From the NCBI GenBank assembly GCA_051941275.1, contig JAVEBF010000012.1, forward strand, positions 1 to 56,695: 56,695 nt of DNA, given 5' to 3'. Position numbers and translations under genes: made by a program. This DNA comes from Dirinaria sp. TL-2023a (Eukaryota). Under the pieces are notes generated by a model. That model had not been told where the DNA came from. It made no database searches and saw nothing but the letters and a program-made list of their open reading frames with translations. Below, piece after piece: positions 13,267 through 27,201 of this stretch (positions are counted from its first letter, which is position 1; the number at the start of each line of letters is the position of its first letter).

Positions 13267-14098
13267 GTATAGCGATGGCATAGGCTTTGTGATGGAGAGA
13301 ATTGACCTAACCAGGATGGCGGATGTAATCTCCCTTTTGGGTGTTTGGTGATCGGGTTCTTTAGATCTTCTAGCGTTGATACCCTTTGCCGTTGTGTCGC
13401 TGCACAGAAGGTATTTCAGGCATTCAATCATAGGCCTGGCTCGGCGAAGATAATGGGCAGAAATTTTGCTCAACATCGACTAGTATGACGACTCCTTGTG
13501 ATAGAAAGAAGTTATAGATTTACCTACTGTAAGCGAATACTTATTCCAACACCAGGATTCTGTCACAAGGGAAGTAGGGCCGACATGTAAGCGAAATTCC
13601 AATTGAGTCAGTGCACGATACATGTTAGTAGGTAATCACGACGTCTTTGCCAACAATGCAGCACCAACTAATTCTATCTATGAACACATGTGTTCATTCT
13701 CTGAACAATGTGAACAACCGTAATATATAGAATTACGACCTTTTTGCAAACATTATTTACTTGCAAATAAAGTTAAGGTAAGGTAAGGTAGGTAGTTGTG
13801 AAGTTGAAACTTCCACTAAGTAATAGTCGTGCTGAACTCTCAAGTCAGATGTGTGCTTCGTAATGACCCGATGAAATGGTTATTTGAAAATGGGGCCAAA
13901 TTGGGCATAACCTGGCCAAGGTAAGGTCCAATTTCTTATTGTGGATGACATTCGAAGAAAATGTGCGAAGGGGCGCATTTTGGTGTTCGCTTGATTTTAT
14001 CAAGATTCAAAAGCTTCTGCGGTGTGCTATGTGTGCTTAGAGTACAATTTATTTATCTTATCATAAATTATTGCCAAGACATTTGAAATATGAACGAG

Positions 14099-14361
14099 GC
14101 TCGCGGGGTAAATATAAATTGTCACACTGAAAATCGCCCTTCTTTTGAAAAATTCTGGCGACTTTGGGACAAGGCTTCAGAACTTGAAATTCTCTCAATA
14201 TGCGCAACTACCTATCAGGTAATTACCATGCAATTTTTGAGTGATTGCAGTGAGTGGAATGAATCACAGAATTCTTCTAAGTAGTCGGCTTTCAAGAGAG
14301 AGTAGTTAGTTGGCGGCTAAAACCGAATTTTGGTGTGACAATCTATATTTACCCCGCGAGC
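14099..14361. mobile_element. MITE-like element (~260 bp) with ~30-bp terminal inverted repeats
   Basis: GCTCGCGGGGTAAATATAAATTGTCACAC (14099-14127) is the reverse complement of GTGTGACAATCTATATTTACCCCGCGAGC (14333-14361) with one mismatch. Flanking direct repeat CGAGG at 14095-14099 and 14361-14365. Confidence 0.7.
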
Positions 14362-14665
14362 GAGGTTCGGGTTTGCTATAATCAGTAATGTGTTCTTCAA
14401 GTACTCCGTACCGACCTAACATAGGCAGGGATTTCTGGCTACTGTACCTTCAGTCAATAGGACAATAACGTACGAAAGCACTCATCGATACACATATGAC
14501 AATCGATTAATTATCAGGTGAGTATCAACTTCGAACCAGCCGTCCAAAGCACTCACAAGTCCAGCGTTGCGGCAATTTGCGCCCTTCACCAAGGGCCTCT
14601 ACTCAACACCATGATATTCGGCGACTTTATTCTACTTGTTACATGCAAGGTGCCTTCGTCCCTTA

Positions 14666-16216
14666 ATGATCTCATACAGAGAGGTCAAGGATAGTTCCTA
14701 TCCAGGGTCTTCCAAACCCCTGCAAGCCGATAACTCGACTGCCCTTCGAGGCGCTGCTTTGGCTTTCTCCTCACCATCAACGTCCTCGGGTCCTGCCGGC
14801 CGCACTTCCAGTGATGGTGCTCGTATCGCTGCGTTAATTGCAGGTCACGATCGGAAGACTGGACCTCTAGACAGCAAGAACCGAGAAATTGATGGAGGGG
14901 TTGCATCACGACAGAGGCGACAGCGACCTTCTACTCTACACGGCTACTCTCCTGGAGGAGAATCCTTTCCAATCCAACATCAATCTCCCTCTCAAAATGC
15001 GGCGGTGATCGCTTCTAGCAGCTCTCCGCCCGCACAAGTCCCTCGCAGCCATTCACCACCAGTTCCCCGTCGGCAATCGCCTTTGAATAGTGCACATCAT
15101 AACTCTCCCATGTCAAGTTTGGCGAGCCATGCGGCCTCCACTGATCCAACAAGCAGTCTCGTTCAGCTTTACGAGCAGATCGAGACGTCCAAGAACAAGA
15201 AGACCTTTGCGACCTCCCGCCAGGTGAGCGATACGACAGTTGCAATCGTGAGCCCAAGTCCAATCAGAACCTTATCAGCAAGCCTACCTCAGCCAGGTCC
15301 AGAAGAAGTACGTCAGCCAAAGCTTGCGGCCAGAAGTCGAAGACCAGCCACTCCAAACTCCTCGAGTGCTGGCGCGTTCGCTGCAGCAAACAATAAACCG
15401 TCTCGGCCCTGCGTAACTCGATCACAGAACTCCGCCAGTGCAACACTCCTAGCGCAAAATAGCCAACGTCCAGAGAATAGGCCAAAGTCCACTACTTCGG
15501 GCATACCTACTGTTCAAGGTTCCATTGCTCTGGGAACCACATTCTCCACGACCAGCCTCGTGCCGCAGCTGAATGCTGACTCCCTCGCTAATGCTATGGT
15601 CGCCTCTTCTTTGGCTTCTTCCCGCGCTGCATCGCCCTCAAAGCCTCCCTTGCCCCTACCTCGCCGTCACGGTAAACCTCACGGCTTCTTCTATCGCAGC
15701 CACAGCTCCAACGATGTCAGCCGCACTCCCAGCCCTGCAAAGCAGATGCGGCAGACTTTACGTCAGCCGAGGCAGTCGGAATATGAAGAAGACCCATATG
15801 AAAAACGCCGCAGCCATTTCATGAAGAAGCATCCGAATAAGCATCATGAAGGCGATCGCAAGCGCTGGCGGGATACTGTGTCAGAGAGAGAGAGGAAACG
15901 GTACGAGGGAGTTTGGGCCGCTAATAAGAATATATTTCTACCAATCTATGACCGGCCAAGTGATACCGTCTGCAACGTCGTTGTAAGGGATATCTGGCAA
16001 AGAAGTAGGTTGCCAGATGACGTTCTGGAAGAAGTGTGGGAGCTTGTGGATACCAGAAGCGTCGGAGCGCTCGCAAAGGAGGAGTTTGTGGTAGGTATGT
16101 GGCTCATTGATCAGAGGCTAAAGGGGAGGAAATTGCCAGTCAAGGTTAGCGAGAGCGTATGGGAAAGTGTGAGGATGTTGAGCGGTATCAAGTTGTCAAA
16201 ACGCAGAGGGCGCTAG
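14666..16216 (+). CDS. IRS4: Irs4/Tax4-like protein with C-terminal EH domain (start codon uncertain)
   Basis: Low-complexity S/P-rich N-terminus, then [29 protein letters not shown]...[24 protein letters not shown]...[20 protein letters not shown] (EH domain). Confidence 0.8.
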   Translation: MISYREVKDSSYPGSSKPLQADNSTALRGAALAFSSPSTSSGPAGRTSSDGARIAALIAGHDRKTGPLDSKNREIDGGVASRQRRQRPSTLHGYSPGGESFPIQHQSPSQNAAVIASSSSPPAQVPRSHSPPVPRRQSPLNSAHHNSPMSSLASHAASTDPTSSLVQLYEQIETSKNKKTFATSRQVSDTTVAIVSPSPIRTLSASLPQPGPEEVRQPKLAARSRRPATPNSSSAGAFAAANNKPSRPCVTRSQNSASATLLAQNSQRPENRPKSTTSGIPTVQGSIALGTTFSTTSLVPQLNADSLANAMVASSLASSRAASPSKPPLPLPRRHGKPHGFFYRSHSSNDVSRTPSPAKQMRQTLRQPRQSEYEEDPYEKRRSHFMKKHPNKHHEGDRKRWRDTVSERERKRYEGVWAANKNIFLPIYDRPSDTVCNVVVRDIWQRSRLPDDVLEEVWELVDTRSVGALAKEEFVVGMWLIDQRLKGRKLPVKVSESVWESVRMLSGIKLSKRRGR

Positions 16217-16724
16217 TTACTCATATCGCACTTACCGTATTTGCATAAAAGTTGCTGGCCTCCGATTTTGATCTATGGTTCCCTACAGTAAGTCATTTCG
16301 TATCTTCTCTACGGAGTACTGATGGAACTCTCCTTCAACAAAGCAGTCGTAAGGTAATTTCAAACTGTTCACACCGCCCGAAGAGCATATGACTGCTCCG
16401 TTGTTTAAATGTACAATTGGAAGTCGTCCTATAGAGCATGCTTAGGTTATGAACACGTGGTGCCTTTCCAGATACAAGTGCAACGTCCTCCAACACCGGG
16501 CTTTTTATCGTGATTCCACCCTCCTGTACTGATAAACTCAAGCCTCCAGTACACCATCGAAGAAATGTACAAAGGGAACGGGTATCAGGCTACCCAGCTA
16601 GAATACTGTACTGGTACCGAAGCGCAATGTCGATAGGCCAGTACTAAGCCGAAGACCATGGGCTTGAATGACCTGGCTGCGGATAAAGCAGCAACTTTTC
16701 AAAGCTTCAATGGCGGACTGGCAC

Positions 16725-19169
16725 TTAGAACGCGTCTTCGTCAGTCCACCCAGCGTCACTCCCTGCAGGTACAAGACGGCCACCATCCTCCTGGACAATT
16801 CGTTGACTGTTGCCATACATCGCCCGTACCTTCTTGCCAGCTGCGCCTTGTGGAGGTGTGTATCCCCCATCAGGAGTGAAGCGCTTCCCCATCTTTGTGG
16901 CTCTCAGCTTTGCATAATATGCCTCACTAGCGTCGACTTCTGGTTCAGAGGCGTCATCGAACGTCTCCCAATTTTCGGAACCGGAAGCTGTCGTCGTCGT
17001 AGTTGAGGTTGTCGAGATCTGCCTGCTGTCGGCCTGCGGAGCGTATTGGCCACACTGCTGCTGATGGGGCTGGTACTGCTTTGGCGTGTCCTGCTCCGAC
17101 TCAACGGCTGAATAGTGAGCGTAGGACATACGTTCACGATCATCATAGACGTCTTCAGGCGTTATGTGCCGGACGCTGCCGGAGCCTGTGGAGGAGGCAG
17201 CACTTGCACATCGTATGTTCTCGGAGTCATACGCAACTGCTTCGGAAGGAGGCTCGAACAGATTTCGCATCTTGGGAGGAGGAACTCTTGCCGGAGGAGC
17301 CATCTTTCGGATAGTGTTGGTTTCATACATTGCAGCGGCCGGCGCATGCCTCTCCGGGGAGTTGTTTCCGTGACGCATGTTGCTTAGAGGGGCTCGAGCT
17401 GGAATCTTGGTTGGTGTTCTGCCTCCAACCGTCGATGCTGTTGAGCTTGCTAGTGGATTGTACTTCAAAGTTCCCCCTGTAGGAGTCTTGGCCCCTGACC
17501 TTGGTGGAGCATGGGAGCGCATGACGCTCCCAACGACGCTTCCCGGCCTTGAGCTTGCAGCTGCCGGAGGAGCTTTGCTAGATCTCGTGGATGGAGGTGG
17601 TACAGAAGGTGTCTTGGATCGTGGAGGTACATTCTTAGCAGCAGATGCTGCCAGCTCGTCCAGATAGCGATTTCCCTGCACGAGGAATGGGCGACCATAA
17701 TCGTCCTCCCACCTCTCTAAAACCTTCTTTAGCTCAGCTTCTATTTTTGGTAGCTCCTTTGTGATCCTCTTTCTCGTTTTCTCCTCTCTTAGTAGCCGCG
17801 TTGGGTCTCGCTTTTCGCCTTTATTTCCTTTCGCTAACAGCCTTGAAGCGTCCTGGCTTGAAGCCACGAGTTCTTCACGGTCTTTGATTAGAGATCGGTG
17901 CTTGTGGATTAGATGTAAAGTCGGTGCTCGCTGATCCTTCAAGGCTTCCAATCGTGCAATCTCACCTTCATGAGCAGAGAGTAAGGCATCGCTGTAGACA
18001 TCAGAAAAGGCCGGCGTGAATTCAAGCATCTCTTCTTCTGAAAAGTATAGGCTGTCCCACAGCTCTTGCAACTTGTATCGTGCATCTTCGACAAAAAGAT
18101 GGAGGTTTTGTCGCTTCAACTCGTTCAACCGGTCTAACTCCGCTTCGAATTCGTTAATCGATCGTAGGCCACATCCGCGGTTGGCAGCAAGGAATCTCCT
18201 ACGATCAGCCTCTTCGACTCCAAGCCGATTCCATAGGCTTTCAACTTGGCTCTTCAATTCCTTGAGTCTACGCTCACGGCCGCGTTTCTCATCGAGCAGT
18301 TTCCCACGCCTACTCTCAAGTTTGCGCATGTCTTGTTCATGAAGCCCAAGCTGTTCAGGTGCGTCACGGTAGTACTTCACGATTGATGAGTCCGTCTGCG
18401 CTTGAGGTGTTCCAAGTTCAGCCCATAAGTTGACGACCTCTTCTGCGATCGCTTTTACTTGCGTAACTCGCTGGGTGTATTCTTGGTAAACCCTCGAGAA
18501 CTCGTTGTCAAGAGCGGTGACGTAGCTAGGGGAAAGGTCAATAGAATGAGAAAGTTTGGCATCGTAAGACGTTGGTGGGAGCTTGATCTGTACGAATGAT
18601 GGTTCGAGATGAGAAGAGTATGACTCTAGAGCTTGCACGAGTTCTGTATATTGTCAGTATACATGCTGCATTGGGTGTATCATGCACCGACTCTTGACTT
18701 GCTCGAATCTCTCCTGATGTATCTTGGCTATATGATTTTGCTTCTCTTTCAAGCCCTGCAGGCAGCGCATGAGGGGAAGAGTGACATTTAGCTCATCATG
18801 TACTAGCTGGTACGGACTCGCGGCCTTGTCATCTTCAAGTGATGCCTCCATTTGCCGGATGGTCTTGATGATGCATTGCGCCTCGTCCGTCAGCTTGCTC
18901 TTTTCCCTGAAGCCAGTCAGTAATGCGCGAATCTTACTTGACCAATAAACCCTACGCAGTGACAATACGAAGTTGATTATGCAAGGTCTCCGATAAAGCG
19001 GAGAAAAGCTAGTTCACAGTTAGGGACTGTACGTTTTGTGGAGCTTCACAGCGCTTGCCTCTGCTTCTCGGGATTCCCTTTCATGGCTTGGAACACCGAT
19101 ATCATCGAACAAGCCATGCAATTGCCCGATAATTGTTGTCACTTGCGTGGTGAGGTAACCTGTGTCCAT
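16725..19169 (-). CDS. ASE1: Ase1/PRC1/MAP65 spindle-midzone microtubule bundling protein, multi-exon
   Basis: Spliced N-terminus MDTGYLTTQVTTIIGQLHGLFDDIGVPSHERESREAE|LFSAL. Coiled-coil core with LQELWDSLYFSEEE and DPTRLLREEK..RI.KELPK. Confidence 0.9.
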
Positions 19170-19671
19170 GGCTGGCATGACTCAACCCGGCGTATCAAAC
19201 GCGCCAATTGTGGTTATGACAGTATAGTTTCGAGAAAGAGGAAGGCTTCTTGCGCTGCTGGATGTTTTGTGGGCATTCCGGATCTGCGAGCCACGATTTC
19301 AAGCGTACATCAGAGTTGAATAAGCATAAGCTCTATGGTAATGGAGTAAAAGTAAGGTACATGTATACTCGATACACGTTGAGCGCGTCAATCTTGACTT
19401 TAGCCGGTTGCTATGACAACGATCTCCAACCCTAACTCTCTTTGTCATCCTTGTGGAGATCGAAGGGAACTTGGACCCCTCTTGCTGATCTCGGGCCGGG
19501 TGATTCTCCGTCAAGTGCAACTAGGAAATATTGGTGACGGCCGAGGTCTAAGTCGGAGACAATGCTGGAGTATGTACAAATACAATTAACTCCTCAAAGC
19601 TCTATTTGGGTCTTCTTTTGAAGCCAGAAGTACGGTCAAAGCAAACCATTGCAATTTAATTGTTCGACATC

Positions 19672-20750
19672 ATGGCTAGCGCGCTCAAAGCGTGGGGTGA
19701 GCTTCCTAGACTCCTTACGTTCTCCGTAGCATCAGCTTATCGATAGAAGAATTGGAGAATGCCGTCAAGCTCGTCGACACTCATCGAGATGCTCTCTATG
19801 ACTACGATGTGGAAGAACAAGCAGGCATTCAAAAAAATGAATCACCGTGGCGCAAAGATCCTCACCATTTCAAACATGTCCGCATCTCCGCTGTTGCCCT
19901 TCTTAAAATGGTTATGCACGCTCGCTCGGGGGGTTCCATCGAGATCATGGGCTTGATGCAAGGCAAAATCGCTGGAGACACGTTTGTGGTCACAGATGCA
20001 TTCCGATTGCCCGTTGAGGGAACAGAGACAAACGTCAATGCTGGAGCTCAGGCAGACGAGTACATGGTTCAATATTTATCAGCCTGTCGTGATAGTGGGC
20101 GTTTGGAGAATGCTGTCGGGTGGTATCACAGCCATCCTGGCTATGGCTGCTGGCTCTCGGGTACCGACGTACAGACACAGATGTTACAACAACAAGGTTA
20201 TGATCCTTTCGTGGCCGTAGTCATAGACCCGGACCGGACAATTTCAGCAGGCAAAGTCGACATTGGCGCTTTCCGAACTTTCCCTTCCGATTTCAAGCCA
20301 CCATCTGGAGAATTGGACGACGGGTATCAAACAATACCGCTGGCGAAAATGGAGGACTTTGGCGCTCACGCCAGCCAGTATTATTCCCTAGAAGTTACCT
20401 CTTACAAAAGCACGCTAGATACGCACCTGTTGGAATTGTTGTGGAACAAATATTGGGTCTCGACTTTGAGTCAGAGCCCACTGCTTACCAATCGAGACTA
20501 CAGCACCAAACAAATGTTAGATCTCAGCCAGAAAATCCAGAACGCCGAGCGGACCTTATATGCGAACTCAAGAGGTGGTGGTCAAAGTCGCTCGGTCGGG
20601 AAGGACGCTCAGCTCGAAAAGATTGTTAAGGACAGCGACAAGATTACCAGTGAAGAATTTACCGGTCTATTAGCCGGCGAAGTGAAGGTGAAACTGTTCA
20701 GTGGGGTTGGTGCTGCAGCACGAGGCGAAGCCAGTCTTGCAGGAGTCTGA
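19672..20750 (+). CDS. CSN5: COP9 signalosome subunit 5 (JAMM deneddylase)
   Basis: MASALKAW|ELENAV; ISAVALLKMVMHARSGGSIEIMGLM; JAMM motif GWYHSHPGYGCWLSGTD; LWNKYWV. Confidence 0.95.
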
Positions 20751-20826
20751 ACACTACAAGGAGGAGTATGCGTGACAGGCGTCATGGTGACCGCATTAAC
20801 CATACACGAATGATACCGGGTGGACG

Positions 20827-22930
<2,104 letters not shown>

Positions 22931-23213
22931 TTATCAAAGGTACGGTATTACCTATTAGAGCATCTGTTGTTGTGTCAGGGGTTATCCGAAATTCGAAGGT
23001 TGACTGTAGATCCGTGCCTCATGCTTGCGAAATCAATCTTACCTTGTCAAATAAATTACCATGAGGTCATTTTGTAAAAGTTTTTTCTTGACACGCTCAC
23101 CCTAAAAGTGAATATCAGCTCCGCTAGAGCTTGAGCTTGCGGCTAGCATCTGATATGATCTGATATATTTAAGCGCATGACGGAGAAATAGAAATCCTGT
23201 CTATACAACGAAG

Positions 23214-24740
23214 AGTACGCCCAACTGCCTGAGTCCGCCTGGAAGGTACCTACTAACATTTTCAGTGGAGAGTGGTGTGGACGACATCGACCTGTATGGT
23301 CAGATACTGATGTTATAAACAAAGCTGTATTTCCGCTCACAGTTCTCCAGAAATCTTGGGGATCCAGCGCGCCGCGAGCAAAGCAGAGGTCAAGAAGGCA
23401 TATCACAGGGTCTGTTTTCAAGCCTTTGGAGCCCCAGACTCCCGCGCTGAACACCATAGGCGGCACTGTCAAGCCATCCGGATAAGGTAGCGGAAGATGA
23501 TCGAGCAGAGGCAGAAGTCAAGTTCAAAGCGGTCGGAAAGGCCTACGAGATACTCTCCGATGACGACAAGCGGCATCTCTACGATGGACATGGCATGGCA
23601 GCTTTTGCGGGACCTCAAGGCTCTGGTATGGGATCTAGTGATGATCTGGATGAAATGTTTGCCAGCATGTTTGGTATGGGTGGAGGCGTGCCCCATGGAT
23701 TCTCAGGAGGTCCAGGTACTCGGAACCGGGGGAAAGGCGACGACGAAGAGCAAGACTACCATGTTACTTTAGAAGAGCTGTACAAGGGCAAGACAACAAA
23801 GTTTGCGAGTAAGAAGAGTGTCGTATGCACTCATTGCAAAGGAACTGGTGGCAGAGAGAAGACAAAGTCAAAGCCGTGCGCTTCATGTCAAGGCAAGGGT
23901 ATGCAGAAAGCTGTAAACCCCCATGTGGAATCGAGATTAATGCTCTATATAGGCGTCAAGCTGGGCACTCGTCCAATAGGACCAGGTCTGTTCACACAGG
24001 AGGCTGTAGTTTGCAGCTCCTGTAAAGGTACAGGCAGCGTCTTTAAAGACAAGGACCGATGTAAGAAGTGTAAAGGCAAGCGCGTTGTCGAGGAGCGCAA
24101 GGTACTAGAGCTATACATCCCGCGGGGATCGAGGTGATAATCTACATAGCAATTGTGGAGGCTGCTCTCGCTAATACTTTGCAGAGAAGGAGACAAGATC
24201 GTTCTAAAGGGTGAAGCTGACCAGCTCCCCAATCAAGAGGCTGGCGATATCGTCTTCAAGCTTGTCCAGACTGGCCATGGCCTCTTTCAGAGAGCAGGTG
24301 CAGATCTATCTGCGCATATTCAGATCACTCTTGCAGAAGCACTTTGTGGGTTTTCAAGGACTGTTCTGAAACACCTCGATGGACGAGGTATCAGCCTCAA
24401 ACATCCGAAGGCGACGCCTTGTGTCTTGAAGCCGGGACAAGTCATAAAAGTTGCAGGTGAAGGTATGCCGCTCAAGAAGAGTGATCAGAGAGGGGACCTG
24501 TATCTGATTGTGGATGTCGAATTCCCCAATTATAAATGGCTCGAGCAAAATCAGGCCCTTTCAAAGCTACAGGAGATCCTACCCAAGCCTGCCCAAGAAA
24601 TCGCCGCAGAGGAAGTGGACGATGTTGAATATGATGAGGGAGCAACATGGGATGACTTCGGTGGAAGAGACACTCAGGGTGGAGACGCGTGGGAAGACGA
24701 GGATGACGAAGAGACTGAGATCCCATGCGCGCAACAATGA
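23214..24740 (+). CDS. Class A DnaJ/Hsp40 chaperone (Xdj1/Ydj1-like), multi-exon; start codon apparently split by intron 23215-23265
   Basis: J-domain DLY|EILGI...KKAYHR|AALSSHPDK, G/F-rich linker, four CxxCxGxG zinc repeats, C-terminal CAAX box CAQQ. Confidence 0.9.
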
Positions 24741-27201
24741 TACGCAATAACGCTCTATAATAGTCATCATCGAGCATGGCATAGCATCCGGCGTTACAGA
24801 CTTAGAGATGGATGCTGCAGAGTGTATTGAGGGCGTCGATGCATCTTCTGAGTGGCTGGCCTTGGAAAACAAGTACTGCTTGCTCTGGTACTGTATTGAG
24901 CGCATCCAGATGCTGATCGGGGATAGGTGCATAAGTAGATACAAGAATCCGAAAGGAAAGCTCTCCAATTCATAGATTTTTACTTCTGTACAAACAGTAT
25001 AACTTGCCAGCAGAAGTCATTGTCGAATGCCTGAGCAGCATGTGAAATTCAAAGCTGAAGAAAACGTGATGCAACAATCAACAGTGGATTTCAACCTGAT
25101 TATGCCTCCCTCACATGTGTTCGTTAGAACTGTCTGCTAATCATCGCCAGGGGCAAGAGGATTATTAGCCCACCAAGTTCTTACCTACGAAAAGTCATAT
25201 TTCAGGCAATAAACCATCTCGGCAAACGCTTATGGATGGATCCGCTCCCCGTCAAGCTACCAAACCGCAGTAGTCGTTCGGACTATGTTCGATGATAAGT
25301 TGCTTGGAAATTTCAGTGCGCCAGAAGCGAAGTGTATAGATGTCTGGGTTCTAGAACACAGCCATGACCTGATTCCATCTCTATTTTCGAATTCCGGTAC
25401 CCACTGCCAATTCGCTAATCATCCAACCTCGTGTAACGAGATGCTAACAGGTTTATTTGGCACACAACTGAGTTCGATAAACAAGAGCTGCACTCAATCC
25501 GTTTCGCGCACAAGATCAGGAGATCGTTTTCGATATTTTCCTAAGCGCTTCTTGACCAAAGAATTTTGGCTAAACTGCTGTTTGGATCATCGATCTGGGG
25601 TCCATTGAGTCGAGAACAATTCAGTTATCAGAACATGAAGTTGAGCTGCCTTTTGATCTGAAAACCTGGGGAAATTTGGCTTGCGCCAAAAAAGCAATCA
25701 GAAAATCTTCAGTACATCAACTTCGGAGGTCTTCTTCACAAACCCGACGCTCCTGTTTAATTTCTACATGGACTTGGCTATGCTCGTCTTGGAAGCGATT
25801 CATGGCTTGCTAGACGTTACTGGATATTCCCGTATCCACCATATGTTTCCACCTGGTGAAATTGTTCGGCTGGACTTCGACCACACGTGAGACCCCCGAT
25901 GCCGTTAGGAGATTTGTTCTGATCGTCGGAGGTATTTGCACAGTTGGAATCATAATCATGTGTGCTATGCATTCAGCGGGACCTTTAAGTATTTGATTCT
26001 GGCCACTAACGTTTGAAGTAAGGCAATAACCAAGTGGCATTTCATTGGTTGGGAAACGTTTGTTGGAACATCTACAATCTGCATGGAAGCATTCGTCTTA
26101 CTGCCTTACGGCACTCCGTACCCTTGAATACTAACTCTTTGCAGAATAAGTTAGTCTTGGCCTTGAAGTAGTATCTCGAGGTTACTTCCGGATGCGGCCC
26201 CCTTGTTGCTTGGCTTCCCAACGTGACCACTCGAAGCCCGATTACTTCCAGAACTCCTAGTGGGCACTGGGAATGCAAGGTACAAGCAAGATGCCGTTCG
26301 CAACGGTCGAAGTTGAAAGCGAATTAGGTAAGGTAGATATTTGCTGCTCTGATGTACTCTGCGGTCAAGGTAAATGATATGAGCAACGGAACGTACGGAA
26401 CAGCAGAGGCACCAAGCTACTCCCTCCTACTGTACCTAGTATTACTATCTCGATCACATGTTCAGTGACAGGGAGAGAAGAGACTTCTATGATGGACTCC
26501 GTACTAATGTATGGCCACTCACTGTACATATGTACAGTACCGTGGTGATTGGACATGATATCGGCTGGCTGCACATGAAGGATTGGAAGCACATATGTAA
26601 GGTAGGTATCAAGGTATGGCAGAGCGGGAAGAGCGTTGCACCTTAGTAGTGCTGGAGTATGATACCTTACTCTAAGTTAAGGTAAGTGAGTTGGATAGTC
26701 AGTTGACCCCCTCAATTTTGCCAGTTCCCAGCCTCAGCCGTTCCCCACACACACCAATGATTAGCGTCTCCTTACTATTCGACGCTTTGCCCGCAATTGT
26801 CAAGTGCACCGATGAAAATGATGATGAGTGATGCTGCTGCTCTACACATGCTGACTGGCCACCCTTGCACCACATGTACAGTATCTGACACACAGGCCTG
26901 CGCTGCTTGCGGGAGCTCGGTGCCGAATTCCCCTCTCTGCCTCTCTGGCCGCCACCCCCCTCCCCCACCAAGACGCAACTGAAATTCACCAATCGAACGC
27001 CAAGGTACCCTAGTACCTACATGTGCTCTACCTTACTGCTCAACCCACACCCGCATACATATATCAACCTCCTCCCCACCCGAACCCCCAAACCCACCTG
27101 CAAATTCTCCTCAGTCCACCGAATCCCGTCTACGGTGTCGTGGCTGACCGTCCCGCACTCCTCCAACTTCAAAAGCTACAAATAAGCCTCAGCGGCCCAT
27201 C

